NCBI GenBank assembly: GCA_964423165.1
Contig: CAYRDP010000007.1
Span: 283 to 64,282, forward strand
Reading direction: 5' to 3'
Length of the DNA stretch: 64,000 nt
DNA from: an uncultured Bacteriovoracaceae bacterium
GTDB taxonomy: Bacteria; Bdellovibrionota; Bacteriovoracia; Bacteriovoracales; Bacteriovoracaceae
The position numbers and the translations under genes are program-made. The notes below the pieces were generated by a model. That model did not search any database, was not told the DNA's origin, and worked only from the letters and a program-made list of their open reading frames with translations. Positions within the stretch are counted from its first letter, which is position 1. The number at the start of each line of letters is the position of its first letter. This document shows positions 16,066 through 26,257 of this stretch, piece by piece.

Positions 16066-17385
16066 ATGAACGAGCGTATTTTAGTCATAGACGATGAGCA
16101 TTTGGTTTTAGATGCGGTTAAAGTCGCTTTGAAGGAAACAGACATTGTTGTTGAGACTGCTAGTAGTCCAGAAGAAGGCATTAGGCTATTTCGAAAGTCT
16201 CCAAACGGCTTTCTCTCAATTCTCGTTGATAACCAGTACAAGCAAGAGAACCAAAAGGTTGAGGTTCTTGGGCCAATGGTTGTTAGAGAGATCAGGAAGC
16301 TTAATCCTCAAGTTCAGGTTGTAATGCTCTCAGGTGATTACTCGTCTGAAGCCTTGAAGAGTTGGAAAGAAGCAGGAACAGATAAGTACCTCTGGAAACC
16401 TTTCAAGAAAGAGCAGTTACATGCATATATCGAGCTGGCCAGAGAGCAGAAAAGAAAAATTGAACAGCTTTGTGAAGATACTGAAGACTTCTATGCCAAC
16501 CAAAGAGAAAAAATGGCTATGGATAAGCTTGGTGTAATTGGAGTTTCTAAGGCAATGGGAGAAGTTGCTTTAAAGGCCTTTGAACACGCTAAGAAAGATA
16601 TTGCCGTTATGCTCTTGGGTGAAACGGGAACAGGTAAAGAAGTATTTGCTAGAGGAATTCATAAGAATTCACTTCAGGCGGAGACAGAATTTATTAGTGT
16701 TGATTGTACTCGCTACAAAGACAAAACAGATTTATTTGAAAGTGAAATGTTTGGTCACGTTAAGGGAGCATTCACGGGGGCTGATAGAGACAGAACTGGT
16801 TTTGTTGAGGCTGCCGACGGTGGAACATTATTTTTAGATGAAATCCATCACTTGAATGCTGATGCTCAAGCAAAGTTACTTAGATTGATTCAGAATAGAT
16901 CAATTGTAAAAGTTGGTGAGCATAAGGAAAAGCCTGTTCAGTTTAGGCTTATCGTTGCTTCAAAACCTTCTCTGAGAAAGATGGTAGAGGAAGGAACATT
17001 CTTACCAGACTTATTTTTTAGAATCTATGAGTTGGATTTATTGATTCCAACTCTCAACGACAGAAAAGAGGATATAAAGCCTTTAATCCTGCACTTTTTA
17101 AAGAAGCATAGTTCTGAAAAAGAAGTTTCCTTTGCACAAGGAGCATATTTCGAACTTAAAAAACATGATTGGCCAGGTAATGTTCGAGAACTAGAAATGG
17201 TCATTAAGAAGTCTATTATTAATTCTAAAGACGAAAAAGTAATGGCCAAGGATTTATGTTTAATTTGGGCAAGAAAAACCAAGAGTTCCCAAGCAGTACA
17301 AATTGGAGAGCTAGTACTAGAAAGTAAGTTAATTTCTTCTAAATATGGTGATGAAAAACTTTTTTTCCAACACAATATTGAATAA
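16066..17385 (+). CDS. Sigma54-dependent response regulator (REC + AAA+ domain), apparently without C-terminal HTH
   Basis: A REC domain (ILVIDDE...LVDNQ) is followed by Walker A GETGTGKE, the GAFTGA loop (VKGAFTGADRDRTG), LFLDEIH and GNVRELE. I could not recognise a Fis-type HTH in the last 60 aa. The track start 16051 is GTG, and ATG 16066 has a GGAGG RBS. Confidence 0.85.
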   Translation: MNERILVIDDEHLVLDAVKVALKETDIVVETASSPEEGIRLFRKSPNGFLSILVDNQYKQENQKVEVLGPMVVREIRKLNPQVQVVMLSGDYSSEALKSWKEAGTDKYLWKPFKKEQLHAYIELAREQKRKIEQLCEDTEDFYANQREKMAMDKLGVIGVSKAMGEVALKAFEHAKKDIAVMLLGETGTGKEVFARGIHKNSLQAETEFISVDCTRYKDKTDLFESEMFGHVKGAFTGADRDRTGFVEAADGGTLFLDEIHHLNADAQAKLLRLIQNRSIVKVGEHKEKPVQFRLIVASKPSLRKMVEEGTFLPDLFFRIYELDLLIPTLNDRKEDIKPLILHFLKKHSSEKEVSFAQGAYFELKKHDWPGNVRELEMVIKKSIINSKDEKVMAKDLCLIWARKTKSSQAVQIGELVLESKLISSKYGDEKLFFQHNIE

Positions 17386-17551
17386 TTAGATAAAGTTTTT
17401 GAACCAATAATAATTTTTAAATACCTTCTGAATAAGTCTTATTAGTATTGATCAGGATAAGCTAAAAACTATTAAATGTTTTTTTTCTTTCCTACTGTAA
17501 AGAATATATATATATATATTCTGTAAGTCCTTGATTTTACACGGGTGGTGA

Positions 17552-17565
17552 GGCACCGATTTTGA
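17552..17565 (+). promoter_or_regulatory. Second sigma54-like element (GGCAC-N5-TTGA), non-canonical -12
   Basis: aggcaccgattttga lies 14 nt upstream of the ATG at 17579. It is preceded by the (AT)8 palindrome agaatatatatatatatattct at 17501-17522. Confidence 0.25.
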
Positions 17566-17578
17566 ATATCTATAAGAT

Positions 17579-18511
17579 ATGAATCTATATAAACGTTTAT
17601 TAATATGTTTTACCATATCTATAACTTATCTTATATCTGCAAATTGTAGTATTGCTGGAACTTTAGATTTTTGCTTTGGTGTTAAATTTAGAGGAGTTGA
17701 ATTTTTAAAATCTCAGGGATTATTTGGAAGTGAAACTCCAGATTTATACCCAGATTTTACTGTTCGTAATGCTTTTATTAGAGAGATGAAAATATCAAAG
17801 CATCCAGAGTTAATGACAAATGGTCGAAGCTCATTATACTCAAAAAATCATCCAGCTTGGGGACAATTTAATCCAACAACACATTATTTTGTTCCCAGTG
17901 AAAAAATTAAGTCTGAAGGATTATGCCAGCTTGCCCAGAAAAAACAGATTAAAAGTATCGCAATAGTGTGCACAGGGGATACAGAAACAGAGGGATGGCC
18001 TAACTCGATAGGGTATATCAAAAGTGAATGTTTTCTTTCTACACATAGAGGTCCCGGAAAGATTCAGGATTATGAAAGAAAAAGATGGGGACAGAAAAGT
18101 CAATACAGAGTAAGTGTAAAACATCCTTATAGGAGTCAATATGATGCACTTAAGAGAGTTGCTCCGAGAAAAGATATTTATGGAGTGGCCACAAGAATGG
18201 CAATTAATAATATAGTTAATCTTGAAGAGGAAAGAAATCATTTAACACAAAATAACTTAAATGAGCTTGCCAATCAAAAGTATCTTTTTAGCACTTATGG
18301 TGAAAAAGATTTAACAATTTCACCTTTGGTTGCGAGCTGTATGAAAGTACTACCTCATAAAGTTTTTAAAAAATGGATTAAAATTCAAATGGAATTAGAA
18401 GAAAAAATTAGCAACAAAAATGGTAATAGTATTTCGTATACAAGCGAAGAAACAAAGAAGCTTGTTGAGAATATAATATTCATTTTGTTAAGCGCAGGTT
18501 TTATTTTTTAA
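17579..18511 (+). CDS. Hypothetical secreted/membrane-anchored protein
   Basis: It has an N-terminal signal-like segment and a hydrophobic C-terminus (IIFILLSAGFIF). No family recognised. Confidence 0.5.
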   Translation: MNLYKRLLICFTISITYLISANCSIAGTLDFCFGVKFRGVEFLKSQGLFGSETPDLYPDFTVRNAFIREMKISKHPELMTNGRSSLYSKNHPAWGQFNPTTHYFVPSEKIKSEGLCQLAQKKQIKSIAIVCTGDTETEGWPNSIGYIKSECFLSTHRGPGKIQDYERKRWGQKSQYRVSVKHPYRSQYDALKRVAPRKDIYGVATRMAINNIVNLEEERNHLTQNNLNELANQKYLFSTYGEKDLTISPLVASCMKVLPHKVFKKWIKIQMELEEKISNKNGNSISYTSEETKKLVENIIFILLSAGFIF

Positions 18512-18517
18512 GCATGC

Positions 18518-19045
18518 TCAATGTTCAGTATAGTATTGATTAATACCTTTTCCTAAACTTGTTAAATTCGGAGCAAGCAACTTTTTGATCATTTTTTCAA
18601 TCATAGGAGTAACTTTTTTTGCTAAGATCCTTGGAATACCTGGTACTTTTTCCGGATATATTAACACCTCGCAGGAAATCTTTAACTCTGTTTTATCTTC
18701 AGAGATAGAGCTAAAACTATTAACTCCTTTAACATCAAATAAATCATTGGCGAGAAATGACTCTAGTTCATATTCTACACAATGCTCATTGTCTTTCCAT
18801 AAAGCATTATCTTTCCAGGAATAAAACTCAGGATTCAATATTTTCTTTAGCAATGAAGGGACATCTGCTTTACCATACCAGTGGTTGATAACATGAACTT
18901 GATTATCTTTAATTTTTTCATATTTTTGTACATCAATTTTTTCAATATTTGGCAAGTAAGGAACTAATTTATCCAAATCGTCTCTTACTAGTTTATAAAC
19001 ATCAGCTAATGGCCTGTTAATAACCTCATTGCTTTCAAGATTCAT
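18518..19045 (-). CDS. Hypothetical protein (possibly SRPBCC/START-like fold)
   Basis: ORF track. There is only weak resemblance of NRPLADVYKLVRDDLDKLVPYLPNI to SRPBCC N-termini. Confidence 0.35.
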   Translation of the reverse strand: MNLESNEVINRPLADVYKLVRDDLDKLVPYLPNIEKIDVQKYEKIKDNQVHVINHWYGKADVPSLLKKILNPEFYSWKDNALWKDNEHCVEYELESFLANDLFDVKGVNSFSSISEDKTELKISCEVLIYPEKVPGIPRILAKKVTPMIEKMIKKLLAPNLTSLGKGINQYYTEH

Positions 19046-19248
19046 TATTAATTCTCCTTATATTTTCAATACCTGTGATGAAATTAGTAGTAATAGAATG
19101 ATTTGTATATCCTATCACAAGCTAAAGCTATAATCTTACATTAGTTAATAATTTTATAGAAATCTAATCTTTTTATTTAGCAAATCATTTTTTTTATGTT
19201 TTAGTCTATTATATTTTATAATAAATAATATAAAATGAGAGACTCAAT

Positions 19249-20298
19249 ATGTTTTTTAACAATAAGTATATGATTATTTTTGTATTAATATTGGTATTCT
19301 CAACAGCTGTTGAGGCCAAAAAGGATATTGTTGATATTCACACCCATATAGCCTGCATTGATCAAAAAAATAATGGATGCTATATTTCAAAGGAAATGAT
19401 TAACAATATAAGATTTAAATACTATTTGAAGTCAATGGGAATTAAAGAAGAAGATATCAAAAATGGTACCGCAGACAAAAAAATGATTTTAAACCTTGTT
19501 CAATTAATTCAAAATTCAAAAAGGTTAAGTAAAGCAGTCATTTTAGCAATGGATGGAGTAATTAATACAGAAGGTGAACTAGATAAAGGTAAAACAGAAC
19601 TCTACATACCAAATGAATATATTTCAGAGGCGAGTAAAAATTATCCGGAATTACTTTACGGGGCAAGTATTAATCCATATCGAAAAGATGCACTGGAACT
19701 CTTAGATCATGCCTATCAAAATGGAGCAGTTTTAATTAAGTGGCTTCCTAATATTATGCATATTAATCCTTCTGATAAAAGTTTAATTCCTTTTTATAAA
19801 AAGATGAAAAGTTACGGTATCCCGCTGTTAACACATACAGGCTTTGAGAATTCATTTACAAGATCTGATAACTCACTGGGGGACCCTGCTTTATTAGAGT
19901 TACCACTTTCTCTGGGAGTGAAAGTAGTAGCTGCACACTTTGGTATTGGTGGTAAAAATGAAGGTGATAAAAATTTTAAAAGGATACTTCCACTTTTTAA
20001 AAAATACTCAAATTTGTATGGGGATTTATCTGGACTAACCTTATTGACTAAACCAGGTGCAATAAAAAAAATTACAGAACATAGTTACCTTGCAGATCGA
20101 ATTCTTTATGGATCTGATTATCCATTACTAACTTTTCCCGTAGCATCACCTTTGTATCATATATTTCACTTAAAACTTAAAGAGATAAAAAAATTATTAA
20201 AAATAAATAATAGATTTGATCGCAATATTACTCTTCTAGAATTGTTGGGTATACCCTCGGATTCAATGAATAATTCGGCAAAGTTTTTAAACCTTTAA
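19249..20298 (+). CDS. Secreted metal-dependent amidohydrolase (TIM-barrel, amidohydrolase_2-like)
   Basis: A signal peptide is followed by DIHTHI (HxH metal motif), LLTHTG, AAHFG and YGSDYPL. Confidence 0.55.
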   Translation: MFFNNKYMIIFVLILVFSTAVEAKKDIVDIHTHIACIDQKNNGCYISKEMINNIRFKYYLKSMGIKEEDIKNGTADKKMILNLVQLIQNSKRLSKAVILAMDGVINTEGELDKGKTELYIPNEYISEASKNYPELLYGASINPYRKDALELLDHAYQNGAVLIKWLPNIMHINPSDKSLIPFYKKMKSYGIPLLTHTGFENSFTRSDNSLGDPALLELPLSLGVKVVAAHFGIGGKNEGDKNFKRILPLFKKYSNLYGDLSGLTLLTKPGAIKKITEHSYLADRILYGSDYPLLTFPVASPLYHIFHLKLKEIKKLLKINNRFDRNITLLELLGIPSDSMNNSAKFLNL

Positions 20299-20407
20299 TA
20301 TAAAGTAACTTATCTTCTTTTTCTGTCCCTGATCTACCTACTGTTTTGCCCATTGAAAAAAAAAATATAAATTTTATAATATAAGAGACTTAACTGAAGG
20401 TTATATT

Positions 20408-20794
20408 ATGGTGAAAATAGTATGGATTTTGCTTGTAGTATGTTTTTGTTGGACTACTCACGGACAAAATTATGAAACTTATCATTTTTGGTTTAAGAGA
20501 AAGAAAATTTCAGTTCCAATAAAAAAAGAACAAAATATCCTAATAAATGATATTTGCGTACTAAATCTCAAAAATTGCTTAGCTATGGAAGCCTCCAAGA
20601 AAAAAGTTAAAAAAATTGATTTTAAAAAGATAGCTCAAGGAAATATTGCGGGAGCTTATTGCGAAAAGTTAGACGGAAGCCTTCTTGTTCTTTCAAATGT
20701 GAAAGGCGAAGATACAGAGTTTTGTCATTTTAAAGATAAAACGATGATCGATGCTTATGCTCTTTATCAAAAAGTTAGCAAAGGAAAAAAATAG
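20408..20794 (+). CDS. Secreted DUF333-like protein
   Basis: GNIAGAYCEKLDGSLLVL...EFCHFKDKTMIDAYAL follows the DUF333 pattern (NPAxxYCxxxGG...C.F.DG...W.L). Its stop TAG at 20792-20794 abuts the next ATG at 20795. Confidence 0.45.
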   Translation: MVKIVWILLVVCFCWTTHGQNYETYHFWFKRKKISVPIKKEQNILINDICVLNLKNCLAMEASKKKVKKIDFKKIAQGNIAGAYCEKLDGSLLVLSNVKGEDTEFCHFKDKTMIDAYALYQKVSKGKK

Positions 20795-22384
20795 ATGATG
20801 TATAAAAATATTATAGTATCTAGTCTATTTATCTTAACAACATTTAGTGTGCAAGCATACAGTACTAAGTATAATAGCAGGTGCCCAGGGAATCAAAATT
20901 ATGACTTACATGAAAACTTTGGCCCAATTCGTTCTCAAGCTCAAGCACCTTGGTGCGCTACCTTCACTGCTACTGCTTTAGTCGAACATTTTATCAAAAA
21001 AGAAACTGGAGTTTCACGTCAACTTTCTCGTACTGATGCCAATAGTATTATGTCCACTCGTCCTCTTGATAACAAGGGAATGCCTATTCGAGATATTGAT
21101 TTAGCGGAGGGATCAAATTCGCTAAATATTTTGGAAGGCATACAAAATGTTGGAGGGCTATATGATCGGTCTGAATTGCCTTTTGATTCAGCATTATTTG
21201 GACATAATAAATTATTAGAAAAATTACAGGATTATTATGCACAGACAGAAAGCAATGATTGCATTGATTGCTTAGACTTAGCAGTACAGGGAGGACCTCT
21301 TGATAGCACAAATGCTAAAAACCAGCTATCCAACATTAGAAGATTATCACATTCTTTAGATGAATTTTTAAATAAAGTGAATAAGGATTTAGGCAATCAA
21401 ATTTACCGCTTACTTCCTTTGAATTCGAATGCCACGCGTGTGCCAGTACCACCATATAATGTTAAAAGAAATTCACATGCTAATGGAGATCAATATATTG
21501 AAGGGTTAGTTAATTCATTAAAAAATGGACGTCCCCAAATAGCGAGCGTTTGTTATAATAAACTACATAGAAATATAACAGGACAGCATATTGGAAGCGA
21601 TTGCGGTGATCATGCTATGGTTATGGTTGGTTCTAGAACTCATAATGGTACATGCCAAGTTTTACTTAGAAATAGTCATGGCCGCAGTTGGCCATCTAGT
21701 TCAAATGCTGATCCTGGTGGTGGTTATCAATGGGTTAATGTAAATGATTTTTTAGGTGCTGTTAGAAAACAAGATAATAATACATCAATTACTGTCGAAA
21801 TCACCAAGAGAGCACCTCCTATTGATCAAGTCAAAAATGATATCCCCTTACTTGATGGATCTAGATATGTCGGGAGAACCTGGCAAGGAAAATTAGAAGG
21901 TTCTGGTAGTCTTTATTCACCCGATGGATCACTAGAGGGTCAAGGTAGGTTTGAAAATGGTCGTCAGGTAGATGGAGAAATTCTTATTAAGTTTCATAAT
22001 AGTACTGATACGTTTTGGGGTAATTTTTATCGTCATAATAATATGATTTATCCTCATAATAAAGGAAAAGTTTCAAATAGCCGTGGAGAGATAATTGAAG
22101 AAGGAGAATATTCTCAAGGTCGATTTATCAACGGCACTTCAGACAGGTTAAAATTTACAAATGGTCAAAGTTATAAAGGACATGTTCGAAACTCTGTTCC
22201 TAATGGTCAAGGAGAGCTTTTTAATTCAAAGGGAGAACGAATTGCAGTTGGAGTTTTCAGAGATGGTAATATTTTTACCGGCCAGTTGTTTAAATATCCT
22301 GTGACGGTACGTAGTGGAAACAAATTATTTACAGGTAATATTGAAAATAGACAGTTTGACCTTAATCATGGAGTCTTAGAATAA
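20795..22384 (+). CDS. Secreted papain-like (C1-type) cysteine peptidase with C-terminal MORN repeats
   Basis: The Gln/Cys region is RSQAQAPWCATFTATALVEH, the His is in GDHAMVMVG, and there is an Asn-Ser-(H/W) segment LLRNSHGRSW. The C-terminal YxGxxxxGxxxGxG repeats are MORN-like. Confidence 0.6.
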   Translation: MMYKNIIVSSLFILTTFSVQAYSTKYNSRCPGNQNYDLHENFGPIRSQAQAPWCATFTATALVEHFIKKETGVSRQLSRTDANSIMSTRPLDNKGMPIRDIDLAEGSNSLNILEGIQNVGGLYDRSELPFDSALFGHNKLLEKLQDYYAQTESNDCIDCLDLAVQGGPLDSTNAKNQLSNIRRLSHSLDEFLNKVNKDLGNQIYRLLPLNSNATRVPVPPYNVKRNSHANGDQYIEGLVNSLKNGRPQIASVCYNKLHRNITGQHIGSDCGDHAMVMVGSRTHNGTCQVLLRNSHGRSWPSSSNADPGGGYQWVNVNDFLGAVRKQDNNTSITVEITKRAPPIDQVKNDIPLLDGSRYVGRTWQGKLEGSGSLYSPDGSLEGQGRFENGRQVDGEILIKFHNSTDTFWGNFYRHNNMIYPHNKGKVSNSRGEIIEEGEYSQGRFINGTSDRLKFTNGQSYKGHVRNSVPNGQGELFNSKGERIAVGVFRDGNIFTGQLFKYPVTVRSGNKLFTGNIENRQFDLNHGVLE

Positions 22385-22669
22385 GCTTATTAACTCCAAA
22401 ACATCCGTTTACATCACTGGCAGGGACACATTGTCTAACCCATTTTCCTTTTAAGTAGTGAGCAACCCCATAAAACCAAGTGATTTGATCGTTAGAGCTT
22501 GGGATAATTTTATCTGGGTAATATTTGTCGAATAAATTATTAATAATAAAGTTAGGTTTTTAAAGAATATTTTGGGTTATTGATATTAAGAAGGGGTAAC
22601 TATAGTTTAAGATTATATCATTTATTATTAAAACTTTAAGTAATTGATTATATATTACGATAAGTATCT

Positions 22670-24556
22670 ATGAATAGATTCCTTTTAGTTTCTTTATTTA
22701 CAATTAACTTTAGTTCACTATATGGAGCAACTCTGTTACCAAGTGGAGTTAATAAAAATAAATGTGTGAATTTTAGAGATATAGAAAAAACGGCCGTTCA
22801 AATTAAAGATTTAAGTAATTGGGGCCCTATTGAGCACACTTCTTCTAAATTAAAAAGCTTGATAAAGAAAAATTGTATCTTGTCCACTCCTAAAGAACGT
22901 ACAGATGCTTTGAGAAAATTAGATGAAAATCTTCAGCCTTATATAAAGCAAGGAGACAAGGTTAATTTTGATCATATACTTCGTCAACTTCAGCGTGACT
23001 CATCTCAAGAAGAGTGCACATTAGAAGTTGATTCTATTACCACTGCGCTAGATTTGAGTGAGAAGTATAACTTTTCCTTTCCATCTGGAATATCAACTGA
23101 AGTATTAAATAAATCACTTGGTGTCCAGGTGGAAAAATTTGAAAATGGACTCAGTCAATGTTTTCCCAAGTATATATATCATTTAAACTGCAGTACTGAA
23201 ATACATAAACTCCCATCTCTTATTAGTAACAAAAGTCGTTTTTCAATAGAGAATATTGTAAATGAATTTCTAGTTACCTTAAAAAAAGATTGTTCTTCAA
23301 ATGATTTTGAAAGAAGGATGGTTGCGGCAATAGAAGAGCATCTTAAAGATTCAGTCGAGGATTCATTATATATTGAGTACTATAGACTGAAAGATAAATT
23401 ACGTATTATTGCAGGAAGAGAAGACCCTACTTTAGTCTTGAGTTCACTTGAAGCTCTGGGGGAAAGGTTGAATTTATTAGAAGATTTTATGAAGTATAAA
23501 ATTGAAGTAGTCCCCCCCATAAAAGAGGTTGATGATTATATTAAAATTCGAGCATTAACTTGTCAAAATATAGATAACACAAACCGGTTTATTCGAACTG
23601 AACAAAATCAAGGAAGAACCAATGCATGTTTTGCTTTTGCTGGTGCTAATTTATTAAATTTTCATTTAGGAATAGAAAACATGAGTGCTTTATACCTTTT
23701 CACTCTAGCAATTGCTCAGAAAGATTTCTTTTGGTATCACGTTGAGGATTTTTTGAATTCATCTAATAGCGAAATATCAGGAGGGTTTACATCAGGTGTG
23801 ATTAAAGAAGCATTAAAAAGAAATACATATTGCTCTACCAGCGATATATTTGATGCTAAAGTGGGGGCGCCGGATTTACGACTTGTTATTACAGCAACTG
23901 AAACAATTGGAAGTAAGTCTCTTGAAGTAAAACATCAATTAGAAAAGGGTGAAATCGATAAAAGCAAATATGAAAAATTGCTTAAAAAATTATTTATGAG
24001 TATCTCTAGTATTTTTAAAAACTCATCTTATCATGAATTCGAGCACGCAGTGCAGTCATCGGAGAGTGGGAAAATGTTTTTTAGAAACTTTCTCCTGTCT
24101 CAGTGTAAAACTGCAATGCCTCAAGGAACAGATAAAATTAAAGTAGAAGCTGCATACCGCTTTACTGAATTAAGTAATATTTCTTTGTCGGAGTTGGATA
24201 ATGTTATTGAAAACTATGGTGTTAGTGCTATAGGTTTTCAAGCATATATGCTTCTCGGGGGAGAAGTGATTGATAAATGGGGCCCACATATTACAACAAT
24301 TACTGCTAGACGTTGGAATACTTCAGAAAGACGTTGTGAATACCGAATTGTCAACAGTTGGGGGATACCATGTGCATCGGTCTTAAATCCTGAAGTGTTA
24401 TGTGAGGAAAATCAAAATGGCAATACTCAAGAGCTATGGATCAGTGAAAGTTATTTGCAGCATCACTCAAATTCATTAACTTCAATAACCAATTCTCCAA
24501 CCTTGGAGATTCGTAATCACCCCAACCCTGACTTTGCACCAGATGAGGTTGAATAA
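22670..24556 (+). CDS. Secreted papain-like cysteine peptidase, divergent, with long N-terminal region
   Basis: QNQGRTNACFAFAGANLLNF gives the Gln and catalytic Cys context. GPHITTITARRW gives the His. RIVNSWG matches the NSWG motif. Confidence 0.55.
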   Translation: MNRFLLVSLFTINFSSLYGATLLPSGVNKNKCVNFRDIEKTAVQIKDLSNWGPIEHTSSKLKSLIKKNCILSTPKERTDALRKLDENLQPYIKQGDKVNFDHILRQLQRDSSQEECTLEVDSITTALDLSEKYNFSFPSGISTEVLNKSLGVQVEKFENGLSQCFPKYIYHLNCSTEIHKLPSLISNKSRFSIENIVNEFLVTLKKDCSSNDFERRMVAAIEEHLKDSVEDSLYIEYYRLKDKLRIIAGREDPTLVLSSLEALGERLNLLEDFMKYKIEVVPPIKEVDDYIKIRALTCQNIDNTNRFIRTEQNQGRTNACFAFAGANLLNFHLGIENMSALYLFTLAIAQKDFFWYHVEDFLNSSNSEISGGFTSGVIKEALKRNTYCSTSDIFDAKVGAPDLRLVITATETIGSKSLEVKHQLEKGEIDKSKYEKLLKKLFMSISSIFKNSSYHEFEHAVQSSESGKMFFRNFLLSQCKTAMPQGTDKIKVEAAYRFTELSNISLSELDNVIENYGVSAIGFQAYMLLGGEVIDKWGPHITTITARRWNTSERRCEYRIVNSWGIPCASVLNPEVLCEENQNGNTQELWISESYLQHHSNSLTSITNSPTLEIRNHPNPDFAPDEVE

Positions 24557-24614
24557 TATTCTATTAATTATTAAATAATATTTAATATATTTTATAAAAG
24601 GAAGGATTAATTAA

Positions 24615-25556
24615 ATGAAAAAAATAGTGTTAGTATTCTTATTGGGGTCTTTTCTAGTTGGAGCATTTAAGGTTTATAATAATAATTATATTGAAATTAT
24701 GGAGGCGATTGCCCGGTTGAGAGGTAAAAGCTGGGAAGCAAAAATACATATTTGGATAGTAGACGGAAGAGCAGTAGTGATTAGATCAGGTGAGTCTTAT
24801 CAATTGAAAAAAAACGATGTCCTAGAACTTGATGATATTATTATAACAGGAGAGGATAGTTTTTTAATAATAAAATTTGGATATGAATCTAAAATTAAAT
24901 TGTTTGAAAATTCAAGATTGAAAATTGATGAATTATTACTCAAAGAAAATGAAATGTACGGACCTAAAAAGTTCAGTTTTATTCTATTAATGGGGTCAAT
25001 ATTTTCTGATTTCACAAAAGGGATAGAGAAACTAAAAATTAAGGGATCAAAAGCTACACTAGATATTAAAGGTACTCAGTTTATTACAACTGCCGGGAAA
25101 GATGGCTCACTTAGACTGGCCGTATTGTATGGTTCAGTAAAGCTTAATCCAGAGAGTGGAGCTCCTATTATTGTAAATAATAAAGAAGGAACAATCGTTA
25201 CTAATAAAGGGAACGCGATGCCTGTTGATAATTATAGGTGGGTTAAAACAATTAACTGGGAAAAAGCAGCAGACAAAGTAGATGTATACCTTTTGGGTAA
25301 AAAAATTGATAGATTTAAACAAAAAGCTAAAAATCAAATAAGTATGCAAGAAGAGGTAACTAAAATTAAAACTTTTATGAGTAAGTTTTCTCTACCGAAG
25401 GTAGATGGTGCTAAGGCAGTATTGGAAAATCTAAGAACTGCGTCGAAAAATACATTTAAAAGAGAGTCTGATATTAATAAAGCTTTAGAAAGCCGCAAGA
25501 AACTTGAGACAGCGTTAGAGAAACGAAGAAAACTCCTTGATGAACTAGGTCATTAG
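24615..25556 (+). CDS. FecR-domain-like secreted protein
   Basis: VIRSGESYQLKKNDVLELDDIIITGEDSFLIIKFGYESKIKLFENSRLKI resembles the FecR/LipL45 domain pattern. Confidence 0.4.
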   Translation: MKKIVLVFLLGSFLVGAFKVYNNNYIEIMEAIARLRGKSWEAKIHIWIVDGRAVVIRSGESYQLKKNDVLELDDIIITGEDSFLIIKFGYESKIKLFENSRLKIDELLLKENEMYGPKKFSFILLMGSIFSDFTKGIEKLKIKGSKATLDIKGTQFITTAGKDGSLRLAVLYGSVKLNPESGAPIIVNNKEGTIVTNKGNAMPVDNYRWVKTINWEKAADKVDVYLLGKKIDRFKQKAKNQISMQEEVTKIKTFMSKFSLPKVDGAKAVLENLRTASKNTFKRESDINKALESRKKLETALEKRRKLLDELGH

Positions 25557-25557
25557 T

Positions 25558-26028
25558 TTATAATTTTTCCACTTCTTGAGTGTCTAAGCTATTAAGCCAA
25601 TTAACTAACTGCTTCATCCCTTCTTGAATAGGTATACTATTTTCAAACCCAAGTAACTTTTTTGCTTTAACTGTTGATGCTTTTCTTCTGGTTACTTCTA
25701 CTTTTCTTCTTTCTTCAGGAACAGGTATATATTCAGGCTTGATATCTACTTTCATCGCTTTGATTAACTCAAGGCAAAGTTCCTCTAAAGAAACTTCGAT
25801 ACCACTTGCAATATTAAAAACTTCATCTTGGACATCTGAGTTCATGGCACAAATACAAGATTTGGCTACATCTAGAACATTAACAAAATCCATTGTCTGT
25901 TTGCCATCACCAAATATAAGTGGCCTTTTACCTTCTTTAATTAATTTGTACCATTTAATTAATACTTCTGTGTACTTACCATCAGTGTCCATCCTAGGCC
26001 CATAAAGATTAAAAAATCTTTCTATCAC
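25558..26028 (-). pseudogene. C-terminal fragment of an NAD-dependent sugar epimerase/dehydratase
   Basis: FNLYGPRMD...LIFGDGKQTMDFVNVLDV is the C-terminal half of SDR-type epimerases. The Rossmann N-terminal half (about 150 aa) is absent, and upstream DNA is AT-rich non-coding. Confidence 0.6.
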
Positions 26029-26257
26029 TTAAATCTTGCATTTATTATTCCCCTTATATATTTTGAATTTTCATTATAGTAATTTTTTTTATGAATAAAA
26101 ATAAGCATTTTTTTGCAACCTAATATACTATACAACCTAAAGCTTAATTTAATTATTGGTAAATAGAATTAAGGCATTAGAAATAAAAGAGAACAGATTA
26201 TATTCGATAAGAACTTAATATTTTTATTGCTGTATTAATTTATGGAATGTCTTGGTG

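Noticed and set aside
20769-20784. aaaagttagcaa inside CDS 20408-20794, matching the sequence upstream of the 30221 repeat
   Set aside because: It is an AT-rich 12-mer inside a coding region with no adjacent CCCGACA core. I treat it as coincidence.
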